Assembly: GCF_001194135.2 (NCBI RefSeq)
Contig: NC_068999.1
Location: 6,873,102 to 6,937,101 of the forward strand
DNA from: Octopus bimaculoides
Taxonomy: Eukaryota
DNA length: 64,000 nucleotides
Direction of reading: 5' to 3'
Positions within the stretch are counted from its first letter, which is position 1; every line of letters begins with the position of its first letter. A model generated the notes under the pieces. The model was not told where the DNA came from. It did no database searches and worked only from the letters and a program-made list of their open reading frames with translations. The translations under genes and the position numbers were made by a program. Positions 30,989 through 46,542 of this stretch are shown one piece after another.

Positions 30989-31678
30989 GTCATGTATAAA
31001 CACGTCTTATGTATACACTCGCGCGCACATGCATGTTTATATTTGTATAAATAAATTTATGTATTAGTTTTAGGTGAATATACACACACATTTACATATA
31101 TCAGTGTGTGTGTATACACACAAATTTTATGTATATGTATGTAGGTGTAAATATACGTCCACAATAGGTAGATCAGTGAAGGAGAGAATCGAATTCCACG
31201 GAGACCCCTAGACAAAGCGTATATGCGTGCGTGTGTATATATATATATATATGTGTGTGTGAGTGTTTATATAACAAAACACAAACGAGGCATACAGGAA
31301 GTGAAATAGATTCCTCGAGGTCCTTGGTTCCCGCTGAAAATATTTCCAATCCCCTTTTATTGTCGCACCCCCTCCTAACCATTCCGATCTAGACATAAAG
31401 GGCTGGTGTGGGGGACGCGAACATCACGAATTCACATCCATTACACTTCGTCTGCTCACACCCTTCCCGCTTCTCTCACCCACCACCACCACCACCACCA
31501 CCACCACCATCATCAACATTGCTTAATAGAATCTGAGAGCCTTTATGGCTTCTTTCGGTATACGGCAAAGAAATCAATATTTGAAAGAGCGAAACAACAC
31601 CTCGTTTCGAAACAGCTACTTCACGCTGAACCAAAACACACTATTGTGTGTATGTGTGTGTGTGTGAGAGAGATAGGG

Positions 31679-31747
<69 letters not shown>

Positions 31748-32551
31748 NNNNNNNNNNNNNNNNNNNNNNNNNNNNNNNNNNNNNNNNNNNNNNNNNNNNN
31801 NNNNNNNNNNNNNNNNNNNNNNNNNNNNNNNNNNNNNNNNNNNNNNNNNNNNNNNNNNNNNNNNNNNNNNNNNNNNNNNNNNNNNNNNNNNNNNNNNNNN
31901 NNNNNNNNNNNNNNNNNNNNNNNNNNNNNNNNNNNNNNNNNNNNNNNNNNNTATATATATATATATATTTATAAATGCATTACACAGATGCAATGTATAT
32001 ACATAAACACAATCGTGTTCCGAGCACACTTCGTTAGGGTATTTCGTGTACTGATTGTGATGTGAATCTGCTTCGAAACACTCTCCCCCACCTTCACTCA
32101 TCAGATTTTCCCCCACCTGAAATGGAAGGGTGCCTCGACGCGATCGGTCGCACGATCAGCTAGAAATAGCAGACCAAATCTCCTCCCAAATCACACGTTT
32201 AATTAATTAATTAATTAATTAAACGAAAGCCTACAGTGATGACCATAATCCAGATATATAAAAAAACAAAAAAGGAAAATCCCCTTCCTTCAAGACGAGA
32301 TGGTCACGGTTGCAACGCCTTTTCATCATAGGTCTGCTCGTTCGGAGCTGACCTGGGGTTGAACAACGACTGCAACATCGCCATATCCAACGTTCTGATA
32401 TAAAATTGGTTTTGACAAGCAACGAATATGAACAACAATTGCAGCAGCAGCAGAAAGCGAACCAATGCCAGATCAATAGACAAATCTAGAGAGATCGCTA
32501 GATGTTATAGAAACAAGCAAAGAACATTACGAGTACGTGCATGCATTCGTG

Positions 32552-32596
<45 letters not shown>

Positions 32597-32870
32597 ATTC
32601 AACGGTGAGGTTTTCCCCTGAGTCGTTCAGTTTAGCGACGAAAAGGAAAAACTCAGCTCCAAGAAATAAACACTATTTTCATTGAGTCCTCCTCCACTCT
32701 GTATGTAAGTGTATATATATATATATATAAACAATATATGAGTATATGCATATATATGTACATGTATGTACATACCTTCATCTATATGTACATATAGATA
32801 CATAACTGGGTACATGACGTTGCAAAAGAACATGGACAAAATGATAAACAAGGTACAACAAACAAGCAGG

Positions 32871-32909
<39 letters not shown>

Positions 32910-33003
32910 TTAGGGACAAAATCCAAAATTACAGGTGAAAACTCAAAATCAATTTATAAAAAATTAAAATGAGTTCATGAACCTTGGTTCTTTTCCCTAA
33001 AAC

Positions 33004-33035
<32 letters not shown>

Positions 33036-33080
33036 ATGTATGAGTGCATACATGTAGATATATATGTATATAAAAATGTA

Positions 33081-33127
<47 letters not shown>

Positions 33128-33346
33128 TATAACCACGCTGACAGAGAAAAGAGTGCGAGAACGCGCACGCGCACGAACACAATGCTGTGACAAGAAGATA
33201 ATTCTAGCAAGTACTTGGCAGTCTTAGTTATCTTCATTACACTGTGTGTATAATACATACACACACACACAGATATAAATATACACTATTTTCTTTCACT
33301 CTTTCGGTATAAATCCCTAACAGAACAAGCACTACACTACCTTAGC

Positions 33347-33396
<50 letters not shown>

Positions 33397-35016
33397 GATT
33401 TTATTCGCCACAGGGGCAGATATAAAGTGGACATCAAAAGAACAACACAATGATAAACCAGACGCTCTAAAATATCATATACCACACACAGTAACCGTCA
33501 CTACACACTACGCAAAACACATATCGCCCACTACACAACAAGGGAGCCTTCTGTGTGGACAGCTAGAAATAACAGCCAAATCTCCCTACGTTTCGTCACA
33601 CAAAAACGAAAAAGAATAGGATAGAACGGTCGTGGCTTGAACATCTTAATTAAAAGTACGTTCGATCACAGATAACACTAAACCACAATAACATCGCCTA
33701 CCACACAAAGGAGCTTTCTATGTGGTCACTCGGTCGAGATAGCTAGAAACAACAGCTAAATAATCCCCACACCACGTCTCGTCAAACATGAAAAAGACAG
33801 GATGGTCGTAGAAAAATCGCTGGAAGCGGATACAGAAGTGGCATCACCTTCAGGCGACAAAACACTGACAGAATATACTCTACCAACTTTCTCGAAGACA
33901 GACGCCGAATTAAATCACAGTTTTATTTCATAAAAGCATCGACAGCAGAATTTAATATTTACAATAAACCGTTTTTTCTTTGTCTTTTAAATTTACAAAG
34001 GAATACAAAAGAATCAGCCTTGGTTTTTAGAACAATTTCTACATTCTTTAACTTGTCAAAGAATTACACAGCACGGGCGAGTATTGTGTATACACACACA
34101 CATTATCATTTAATGTATATATATATAAATATATAAATATATATATATANNNNNNNNNNNNNNNNNNNNNNNNNNNNNNNNNNNNNNNNNNNNNNNNNNN
34201 NNNNNNNNNNNNNNNNNNNNNNNNNNNNNNNNNNNNNNNNNNNNNNNNNNNNNNNNNNNNNNNNNNNNNNNNNNNNNNNNNNNNNNNNNNNNNNNNNNNN
34301 NNNNNNNNNNNNNNNNNNNNNNNNNNNNNNNNNNNNNNNNNNNNNNNNNNNNNNNNNNNNNNNNNNNNNNNNNNNNNNNNNNNNNNNNNNNNNNNNNNNN
34401 NNNNNNNNNNNNNNNNNNNNNNNNNNNNNNNNNNNNNNNNNNNNNNNNNNNNNNNNNNNNNNNNNNNNNNNNNNNNNNNNNNNNNNNNNNNNNNNNNNNN
34501 NNNNNNNNNNNNNNNNNNNNNNNNNNNNNNNNNNNNNNNNNNNNNNNNNNNNNNNNNNNNNNNNNNNNNNNNNNNNNNNNNNNNNNNNNNNNNNNNNNNN
34601 NNNNNNNNNNNNNNNNNNNNNNNNNNNNNNNNNNNNNNNNNNNNNNNNNNNNNNNNNNNNNNNNNNNNNNNNNNNNNNNNNNNNNNNNNNNNNNNNNNNN
34701 NNNNNNNNNNNNNNNNNNNNNNNNNNNNNNNNNNNNNNNNNNNNNNNNNNNNNNNNNNNNNNNNNNNNNNNNNNNNNNNNNNNNNNNNNNNNNNNNNNNN
34801 NNNNNNNNNNNNNNNNNNNNNNNNNNNNNNNNNNNNNNNNNNNNNNNNNNNNNNNNNNNNNNNNNNNNNNNNNNNNNNNNNNNNNNNNNNNNNNNNNNNN
34901 NNNNNNNNNNNNNNNNNNNNNNNNNNNNNNNNNNNNNNNNNNNNNNNNNNNNNNNNNNNNNNNNNNNNNNNNNNNNNNNNNNNNNNNNNNNNNNNNNNNN
35001 NNNNNNNNNNNNNNNN

Positions 35017-35053
<37 letters not shown>

Positions 35054-35174
35054 TCATGCATATATGTATATATCTTATATATATATATATTTATTCATGT
35101 GTATGTATATATGTGTGTGTGTGTGTGTTTATATATATATTTGTGTGTGTATATATATATACACATACATACAT

Positions 35175-35215
<41 letters not shown>

Positions 35216-38200
35216 ACTTTGCTAATAAAATATGCACTTAATATAATTGTGTATTTTGCCCTTCTATTTCATGTTTGTGTGTGTGTACATATATATGTGT
35301 GTGTGTGTGTAAAATGTGTTACTGTCACATTCAAACTCAGTTTGCGACACCTTAGTAATACATATTAAAGCAAACTGATGTTGCTGTATGCACAATATAT
35401 CGTCCACCAAATACCAGGAAACATGATGGAAAATTTGAGGATAGCCTCAAACATATCGAAGAGGAATTAAGAAACCTAGATCAGAACATCAACATACTCT
35501 TCCTGGGTGATTTCAACCTCCCACATGTGAAATGGCCAGAAGGCCACCTCCTCTCTGGGATGTCATTGTATGAACAAAAGCATGTAGAATCATTATTTAA
35601 ACTTACTAAAAAGCTGTTCATGGAGCAAGTGATACTCAGGCTAACCATGGGAAACAACATATTGAAACTATGCTTCACAAATAATGTGGACCTTATCCAT
35701 AGTGTGAAGGTGGCACCAACGGCACTCTCAGATTACGACGTTGTTGAACTAACTATGTATAGTCCTGCAGGAACTGTTGGTATCTACCCTATCAGGAGGA
35801 CTCAAACCTTATCCAACCTGAATTTCTACAAGGCAAAATGGGAATCAATCTGCAAAGAAATCCACAAACGAAACTGGTCCAACATTCTGTGTATGTAAGA
35901 CATTCATCTGAAACCGAGCCAGTTTATAAACAGTGCAAGCTATATGCACTAAATATGTCCCAGAAAGAAGGGCCAGCACACCACCAAGCAAGATTCCCAG
36001 GGACAGAAGAGTCCTCAAAGATCTCAAAGAAGCTGAATAGGCAACTAAAGGATAGAGAGGAGTCTATCTTAACAGGGACGCCCCTAGAAATTGAAAACAA
36101 GATCAGACTCTCTCACAGAAGGGAAAGAGCAGAGAGAGGGAGAGAGAAAAAGGCCGTGGAAAGCATAAAAACAAATCCCAAAGCTTTCTATAAATTTGCA
36201 AAAGAAACAGCCACAATACAATATAAAATAGGACCATTGTTTCAAGGGAATGACTCGCTGACGGCGGACCCAGGAAGGATAAGTGAGCAATTTAAAAGTG
36301 TCTTCACTTCCCCCCTTGGACACATGCAGATAAAAAAAATCCAGCTGGAGGCACCAGCCATCAATTACATCAACATTGAGGAAACAGATGTAACAGCGGC
36401 CATACATGAAATGAGCTCATGTTCCGCCACTGGTCCTGATGGCTTCCCGGCTATTCTCCTAAATTCATGTAAGCACGCTTTAGCGAAACCACTTCAGATA
36501 CTTTTCCAAAGTTTTCTTGCAAGTGGTAAACTTCCCAAAAAGCTGAAAGAAGGCATTATATGCCCTGTCCACAAAGATGGAAGCAGAGCAGAGGCCAAAA
36601 ACGTCGGTGAGTTTCCATGGCGAGAAATAAACCGCGTTAAATAGATCGAAGCATGCAATATATCGTTGTTTATTATTTAATCCCTAAGATAGCAGTTCTA
36701 ATCGAAAAGACATTCTAGCCGTGATCATTCAAAATTTTCAGTATATCTTTCAGACCACACTGGCCAATCTATCCTTCCTATTTTAGGATGGTTGGGTTTG
36801 GTTTTGAAGGAAATTTCAGCTGCTATTTCTTGCTGCAGGATCGACCGTGTAGAAATTTCCTTGTTTACTCAATTCAACCATGACAACCCCATCTGATTAT
36901 TACTCCCCCCCACCACCACCACCAACAACATCTTGGTCACTATATCATTCAAATATGTACTTTCCTTCTTTTACACATGATAGGGTGTAGCTTGAGTCGA
37001 TATTTCTAGCAAGACGGGCGACCGCTTATAGGCTTCTTCGCTGGAAACAATAGACGTTATTTTCAGTCTTTCGTCAAGCCCTTTTGGTTCAAAGGGCATT
37101 CCAACCACGACCGTCCAATCTCACCATCCTTTTCCCCACACACACTGCTTCTGTGACAGCCTTTATCCAAGGTTTCCTTTTAACATTTTTAAATGAGAGA
37201 AATTTAACTGCTATTTCTTCTAGTAGCCCACCACCACCACCACCACCGCCATCATATCTCTCTCCTTTGTGTCTTGGGAACCCAAAAAGAATAAGAGAAA
37301 AAAAAAAAAAAAAGAAAAGAACGAAAATACAAAAAGTAGATTTCGTTGGCGTGCCTGATTGAATCCGGTTCTGAAACAAGGATGTTTCTATCATTTATTT
37401 ATTTATTTATAGAAAATATTAATAAAGAAACCCACAAAAAAAAAATATAAAAGAAATAACGGGAGAAAACAATACTACTACTTAAACCGGAACAACTATG
37501 GTAAATTGAATGGTGGAGGCGACTGGCTAAACTTGCCAATCTTCTCATGAAGCCTTCCTCTCTACCGCCTGTAAATTCACATGTATTATAAAAGAGAGAT
37601 GGCCTGGGATTTTTCTCTCTTTTCGTTCATTCATTCAGTCACTCATTCATTCATTCAAGAGTTAAAAGCACCAATCTACTCATAATTGTTTTTAGAGGAT
37701 AAATATCACAAACATAATAGACACAAGTTCATTATATAAGCACCACACGGAAGATCATATAAGCACATATCCATGTATTTATGTATACACGTGTGTGTGT
37801 GTGTATTTTTTTGTGTGAATTCTCCCTCCCCCCAACCACACATAGATATATTATATAAATAATATAATATGTATATATTATATATACATAATATAATATA
37901 TATATTTATTATATATACATAATATATATATATTATATATACATAATATAATATATATATTTACTATATATACATTATATACATAATATAATATATATAT
38001 ATTATATATACATAATATAATATATATATATATTATATATACATACATAATATAACATATATATATATATATATATATACAGAGAGAGAGAGAGAGAGAG
38101 ATGTATATATGTATTAATATTAATTCATATTTATTTCAATATTTGTGCGATTTTCTACATATCTCTCTATATTACCGTATTCTAATATTGCGTAAATATT

Positions 38201-38789
38201 ATTTAGAATACACATGGATATAAACCAGTCTCTCCTACCACAAGTGAATTGCTCATTCACTGAATTATATATCTTAGCGAGGAAATTGGCTAAATTTCCT
38301 TCCACAGACATTTGTACTCTTAACGCAAATCNNNNNNNNNNNNNNNNNNNNNNNNNNNNNNNNNNNNNNNNNNNNNNNNNNNNNNNNNNNNNNNNNNNNN
38401 NNNNNNNNNNNNNNNNNNNNNNNNNNNNNNNNNNNNNNNNNNNNNNNNNNNNNNNNNNNNNNNNNNNNNNNNNNNNNNNNNNNNNNNNNNNNNNNNNNNN
38501 NNNNNNNNNNNNNNNNNNNNNNNNNNNNNNNNNNNNNNNNNNNNNNNNNNNNNNNNNNNNNNNNNNNNNNNNNNNNNNNNNNNNNNNNNNNNNNNNNNNN
38601 NNNNNNNNNNNNNNNNNNNNNNNNNNNNNNNNAAAAGATATTGGGAAGCAATTAAAAGGACCAAGTCTCTATCTATCGGACATCGGGTCACGCTCGTTCG
38701 TTCGGCATATCGAAAACACGTTAAGCGTACAAGTGCCTGTCGAATTTTTCCAGCTACTTCCACCTTAACTAAATGATTTAATGTACAGC

Positions 38790-38824
<35 letters not shown>

Positions 38825-40905
38825 CGTATGTATATCAATGATTCTTTTTATGTTTATATATATATATATATATACACACACATATATGAACGTACGTACA
38901 TTAATGATTATATACATATATATAAATGGCGTAACTACAGGGTTTATGCCATATAAATATATGTGTGTGTGTGTGTGTGTGTGTGAAAAAATATGGCCAG
39001 CCAAACATTAACTAACGGATCGCTCAAATACCTTAAGCAGATTAACACAATTTCTTTTACAAGGTTGATAGTGACTTCGTCAGACTGACGAAAGCAAATA
39101 GACCGAAACTTCGAAGTCGCTGCCAACCGTTTTCGCGCGCGCGCACGTACGAATGCGTGTGTATTTCCGCGCGCACACAATATGTACTTTTACGTCGAAC
39201 TGCTAAAATGAAAATTTACGACCAACAGATATATAAAACACATTTTTAACAGAAACTCAATCACATTACACACACACACAGGTAGACAAACAGACAGACA
39301 GACAAATATAGACGGACACGCACATGCATGCGAGGATCCACGTTTAACGCATGAATGGTTTTCATTTACTTTAGCGATCGACAATATACTTTTATAAATA
39401 TCCTCTTCAGTCCACAAATAGATGGAGAAAAAAAAAAAAATTCTCCTTACAAATGAAACTACAATATTATGAATAAAGCAAAGGCGTTGAAAAGAAGGAT
39501 TTCATTTTAATTTCACGCTTCACTGAATCATTGCCACCTGTCTTTTCACCACGTTTATTCTGAGTATTCCTCGTCTAAAGCTCTTAACAATCTCTTGCAG
39601 CAGAATCTCTACGGCCTTTCGTTTTCCTTGAAGCATCAACAAAATTATCTGAAACCACGTTGTTTATTTATCTCTAGTAACCCGAAGTCAGCTCTGACCT
39701 AGCAGACTTCAAGCCATGCAACCGTGACGCTCCTCCTCCAAGATGTAACGATGTTTAGGGACATATATATTTAAATGTTGTCCTTTTCTCTTTAAGATGC
39801 TAGAATAAAATTTGCGGGAGTTTAGTTCCTGTGTCTAGCAGGTCTAGGAGTGACTACTTCGAGATTCTATCGTGGGGTTCTTAGGAAACAAATTTTATAA
39901 TTCATACGTAGGAATAGCTGTGTGGTAAGTAGCTTGCTTACGAACCACATGGTTCCGGGTACAGTCCCACTGTGTGGCACCTTGGGCAAGTGTCTTCTAC
40001 TATAGCCTCAGGTCGACCAAAGCCTTGTCAGTGGATTTGGTAGACAGAAACTGAAAGAAGCCCGTCGTATATATGTATATATATATATATGTATATGTGT
40101 GTGTGTGTTTGTCCCTCCAACATCGCTTGACAACCGATGCTGGTGTGTTTACGTCCCCCGCAACTTAGCAGTTCAGCAAAAGAGACCGATAGAATAAGTA
40201 CTAGGCTTACAAAGAATAAGTCCTGGGGTCGATTTGCTCGACTAAAGGCGGTGCTCCAGCATGGCCGCAGTCAAATGACTGAAACAAGTAAAAGAGTATA
40301 CATACACACACACACATCTTTCTCTATTGGCAAGAAATCTTGAAATAAACTGAATAATGACATACATAAGTGCACGCGTGCATATGCGTTATCAGTTCAA
40401 GGTTCATTTTCCCATGCTGACTACAGATATAGTTTGTGCATGTGTATGCGTGTATTTACATATGTACACATCATCAGTGGTTTATGTCCACTTTCCATGT
40501 TAGCATGGGTTGGACAGGTCATTGCTGCTCTCCTAGATGGGTTGAACAACTTCATCACATTCATAAGTTTCATTTTAGGCCTGTTTTTTTTTTTTTCACA
40601 GCCGGATACCTTTCCTAATGCCAACAATTTTGCAAAGTGTACAAGGGACATTTTTATCATGGTATTGGCACTAGAGAGAAGAGGGATGAGAACACATTGG
40701 ATGGCCAGGGATTTGGATAAATGGAGAGAATGACCGACAGATATCGATACCACATGTTCACCTGACATTGTGCACTTTTAGCCTGTGTCTTCTGAAGACA
40801 CAGGACAACCAAAGGCTTGTGAGTGGATTTGGTAGATGAATAACTGAAAGAAACCTACTGTATACACACACACACGTATATATATATACATATATATATA
40901 TATAC

Positions 40906-40940
<35 letters not shown>

Positions 40941-43900
40941 CATATATACACACACACACACACGTATATATATATATATATANNNNNNNNNNNNNNNNNN
41001 NNNNNNNNNNNNNNNNNNNNNNNNNNNNNNNNNNNNNNNNNNNNNNNNNNNNNNNNNNNNNNNNNNNNNNNNNNNNNNNNNNNNNNNNNNNNNNNNNNNN
41101 NNNNNNNNNNNNNNNNNNNNNNNNNNNNNNNNNNNNNNNNNNNNNNNNNNNNNNNNNNNNNNNNNNNNNNNNNNNNNNNNNNNNNNNNNNNNNNNNNNNN
41201 NNNNNNNNNNNNNNNNNNNNNNNNNNNNNNNNNNNNNNNNNNNNNNNNNNNNNNNNNNNNNNNNNNNNNNNNNNNNNNNNNNNNNNNNNNNNNNNNNNNN
41301 NNNNNNNNNNNNNNNGCCCAGTGTGCTAACGATTCTGCCAGCTCACCACGTTATTATATCTACACACACATATCATCATCATCGTCGTCGTTGTTTAATG
41401 TCTGCTTTCCATGCTGGCATGGGTTGGACGGTTTGACTGAGAACTGGCAAGCCAGAAGGCTGTACCAGGCTCCAATCTGATCTGGCAAAGTTTCTACAGC
41501 TGGATGCCCTTCCTCATGCCAACCACTTCGAGAGTGTAGTGGATGCTTTTTACATGCCACTGGCACGAGGGCCAGTCAGGTGGTACTGACATCAACCACG
41601 CTTGAATGGTGCTTTTTACAGGCCACTGGCATGGGAGCCAGTCAGGCAGCACTGGTAATGACCACGCTTAGATGGTGCCACTGGCACAGCAATATATTTT
41701 AATGAATGTATATATGTATGCATGTTTCTGTCTCTTCAACTGGATATCATATATTAATTGTAACATGATCACCACCACCATACTAATATGTCACCTTTCA
41801 TCAATGTGATAACTGGCTTCTGAAAGTGTACTGCTTATGGACCCACTGCCATGGAGTACCTCAACATCCAACATTTAACCATTTTGATACCAACTCACTT
41901 GAGACTACCCTTAATTCTATGATAAAAACTTCCTGTTTTAACCCTTTAACATTTAATCCAGCCATACCCGGCCCAAATATTCTACCTGTTTTATGTTTAA
42001 ACTGGCCAGATCTGGTTTCTCTCACCTACTCTAGAATGTCATTCTAGAAAATTAATTGCTACCTCATCAAAATCTCACAGCTACAAGACAATGCATAATT
42101 AATTCAAAACAATGTGAATAAATAAGCATTACCTTCGACAGAATAATGTGAAGGGTTAAAGTGATTTAAATGAAAACATTTCCTCAAATGCCTTATAGAG
42201 GCAAAGCTCAATAGATGGTTTCAAGTCTAGACTCATTCCTCCAGTGGCCCAGATATAACTGAAGCCTTCTCAATCCTGAAGTTGATTTTGAAATTTAGGG
42301 ATCTATACTTGCAGACAAAGCTGTCAAGATATATAAAAGAATCGGCCACATTAAGTCCAACTCCTTGGACATATGTGGTTCCATCCTTGTCCATCCTCGA
42401 GCAGATGTAAGCATCATCTTAGTTTTCTTGAGAATTATCATTGCATGTTCAATAGCAGTAGTGGACAGGTTCATCATTTTCTGAATGACTCGTTTTGAGT
42501 GAGCCACAAGAACACAATCATCAACATACAACAAATTGTAAACAAGGGTTATAAAAGTGCTCGATTGAGACTTGAAATGATTGAGATTAACCCATCAGCA
42601 TTTAGGTAACTCTGTCAAATATAATGCTTATCTGTACACTTTGTTTTGTCTTAATCATAGATTATCTTGCAGCTTCAGTATTTTGATTATGTAACAGTTT
42701 ATTTTTAGAATGACATTGTAGGGCAAGTGTGAGAGGGCAGAGATGGCCAGTTTCAACATAAAACTGATAGAATATTCGGGCCAGATGCAGCCAGTTTAAA
42801 TTGTTTACGTGTTGTGTGTGATAGTGGACAAAGATGTCTAGACTGGAGCCCTTGAAAATGCATGAGCAATCACCATTAGAAAAAATGACATGGAAAACAA
42901 AAAGCTGGCACAAGTACATCCTTCTGGACCACTGGAATCAGATTCTACCAAGTGCTATTTGAGCTGAAGTAGGCCTCCATACCAATATGAAGTTAGACAA
43001 ACAAACCAACAGACTTAAGTGGCCACCCCAACTCTCTCGAGATTCTCCACAGTGCATATCTATTCATGACAGAATTTAACTACATTCCTCTCACACACTT
43101 GTGAAATGCTCCCCTACTCCCTACCCCCGATCTACTGTCCACATTCTCACTTATATTCACCTTATTGTACCTTGAGAGTTTGCTCTGATGCCTACCCTCC
43201 CCCCCTACCAAATTTATCTTCTTCCCACTTACTCCCACATGCTATGGGTTAGTCATGTGTCTCCTCTGTAACAATACACCTGCATGTGATCCTCTATCAT
43301 ACTTTATAAAGCCATCCCTTCTCAAATACACCCACCTCCACTTAACCGAGCAACTTCTCTTTTTCTTCTTTTTGTCCTGCAAGTCACTTGGTGGGCTCAC
43401 TTAGTGCCAGCAACATGATAAAAGCATCCAGTGCACTGTGTAAAGTGGTTGGCATTAGAAAGGGAAACCAGCCATAGAAACCATGCTAAAGTTGACAGTG
43501 GAGCTTGATGCAGTCCTGCAGCTCATTGGATCTTGTCAAACTACCCAACTCATGCCAAAAGAAAAAAACAAAGGGTAAAAGGGAAGTCTGGACTGTAACA
43601 AATTCTTTTGCAACTGTCTGTGATGCTAAGGATCATATCTGTGGTGCCCCTCCCAAATCTAAATCTACACTGAGGCACTGGGACAATGATGATGGACCAT
43701 ACATAGGTCTACTGTCAATTCAGGTAAAACCTGGTGAATATCTTAACCAACAGTTAGAAGCAAAGAAATACCATAAAAGTTAACACAGTTGAGTTTGACA
43801 CCTTCTCCCTTGTCCAGTGAAATCAGTGTAGTGTGTCTCCAACCGAGTGGAACTGGTGAACCATTGCCTTCATTGACAGTTACAGTGGTGGCAAGGTCAG

Positions 43901-46470
43901 CCGTTAAACCAAGCTTGGCAATCTCAGCGGGGACATCATTGGCTCTGTGGAGCTTTTCCTGGCTGCAGCAAGTCTTCTATGAATTCTCATCTATTGTTGA
44001 TGGATTATGAAAAAAAAAAAAAGATCTGCAAAATACTCCATCAACCTTTTTCAGCAGTAGATCCATCTCTAGAATGGAGAGGAGCAAGTATTTGTTTTGA
44101 AGTCCTTTTTCGCTAAGGTGAGTTGAATGTCTATGCATATGCTCAACCATTACCCATTCTTCAGTGTCCTCAGTAAAGTTGGTTTATGGTGCTTCATGTA
44201 GTTCTCTGTAATCAGATATTGCTTTCTCAGAAAATTAGAAGCAATTTTAAGAACAGTATGTATACATGCATTTACATATACATCTATTTATATAAACACA
44301 CATACACGCATTTACATATAGACATAGTTATACATATATTATAAATATACATATACAGTGAAACAGACATGCATATACATATATGTGCATATAGTTATAC
44401 ATACATATGCACATACAGTTATTATACATAGTTATACATACATGTGCACATACAGTTATATATACATGTGCACATACAGTTATACACACATGTGTACATA
44501 GTTATACATACATGTGCACATACAGTTATAGATAGGTATATATAAACAAAATGTTATACATACACACATACAGGAATGTTGTCCTGAAAATAGTGCAAAA
44601 GTAGGCATAAATCTTTGGTATAGTAATTCTTCCTGTTCATCTCCATTGCAAGCAAACAATGACTTGTCAACAGAAGAACTGTAGTGCACCATCACCAAGT
44701 TGACAAAGGAATGGTGCAGGCTGTCCAACATCCACAGAAAGCTATAAGCTGTTTATAGGGACAACACTACTGACAAAAGTAATGTGCTTAGATGGATGAA
44801 GACGCTTGACGAAGGGGAAGCTGGGTTTAAGACAAACCATGCAATGGAAGACCACCACTATGACTACTGACACAAATCGCTAGCATGTGGACGAGGCACA
44901 ATCCTTGAGCTTAGGGAGTCTGCTCTTATTTGATGAAAGAGTACAGACAGGTTTTTTTTTCTTCCTATGTGGTGATAGAGGATGGAAAATGGCTGTTTCT
45001 TTATAATACAGAAACAAAGGCTCAGTCCATGGAATGGTGTCACATGTTCTACAAGGCTTAAGAAGCTCAAGAGTCGGTCATGATGAGGGTATCATTTCGC
45101 TTGGTACTGGTACATTGAGACATCCAAAAAGCATAGAGAAGCCATCAAGGAAAGAGAGACCAAACAAGAATCTGAAAGCAATACATTCACTAGGACTACC
45201 CATATCTGACAACATATCAAGCAATCGGCAAATTCGACTGGCCATAATCCCCTAATCCCCATTCAACCCAGATCTGGACTCCATCTGACTTCCACTCGTT
45301 TAGTCCAACGAAGGACAGTCACCAGAGACAATGATCTGATGACACGGACAAAGTGAAAGTAGCTGTGAAGAAGTGGGTACAACATTGCAAATCTGAATCT
45401 TTCAAAGAGGGATTGAGAACAGGGTTCAACAACGGCACAAATACACAGCTTGCGACAGAGTTTGTGGAGTATCAGCTTTTTAGAAGGGAAGGACAACTCT
45501 ATCAATATGTACAGTTTGAACAAACTATTTCAGATAATGAAAAAAGTTATGCTCACTTTTGGGACAAACTGCATATATTCATATACATACAGGGTGCGAT
45601 GGGTAAATTGTTGCCATTTTATATTTTTAATTTCATGCATGCGCATTGTTTGTTTTTGATTTTGTCAACTACACAGTATAGTAGGGTCAGTTGGGCACCA
45701 TCTGTGAGAAAAACAGCTCCATGACGCAATTCACTCTGCCAGAAATTAGGAAACAACATGCTGTACTGCTTGGCATTTGCACCGGAAGCTCCAGTACGAA
45801 CATTTCAGAGTGTTTAGGTGTCAATCTGAGAACCTGTACGAAGAGTGATAAAAATCAAACATCCAGTCAACATCATGGCATTTGGAGTGATCACTAGTGA
45901 TGGCGGTGTTATGCCTCCACTCATCTTCCCACACAGCCTCAGACTCAATACAGAGACCTACATCAAGTAGTGTGGAGGAGATAATGCTGCCCTGAGTCAA
46001 GGGGGTGACTGCTGGAAGACCCTGTGTCTGGCAACAGGACTCTGCACCATGTCACACAAGCAGGAGAACCCAGTCATGGCTGTCAGATAATTTCTGCGAC
46101 CACATCACCCCTAACATCTGGCCACCTAACTCCCCCAGACTGCAAACCCCTTAATTGTTATGCGTGGAGCGCAGTTGAGCGAGAGACCAACAAAAGTCCT
46201 TGTAACACCAAAGATGAACTGAAGACAAGGATTATGGCAGCATTCACCAACTGAAACAAGGAGACCGTTCAGAAGAGTTGCAGGAGATTCCGAAGTCGTC
46301 TGGAGGCCATGGTTGAAGCCAATGGCGATTTTATTGAATAAATCTACTCTTTTGTATTTCCAGATAGTTTTATGTTACGTCGGTAAATATATCTGTTAAA
46401 ATGAGATGTCAGTGTTATTTTCATTTTTGTGTAATTCAGATGACAATTTATTCACCACACCCTGTATATG

Positions 46471-46542
<72 letters not shown>

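Noticed and set aside
18370-35057. Long ORFs of 160-315 aa in the ORF track
   Set aside because: They consist of X from N-gaps or YI/CV/HT/RE microsatellite translations
39040-39180. Minus-strand donor AAG|GTATTT in phase 2 after an open frame in CpG-rich DNA
   Set aside because: No in-frame ATG (TTG only, with a stop just upstream); could at most be a non-coding exon and there is no further support
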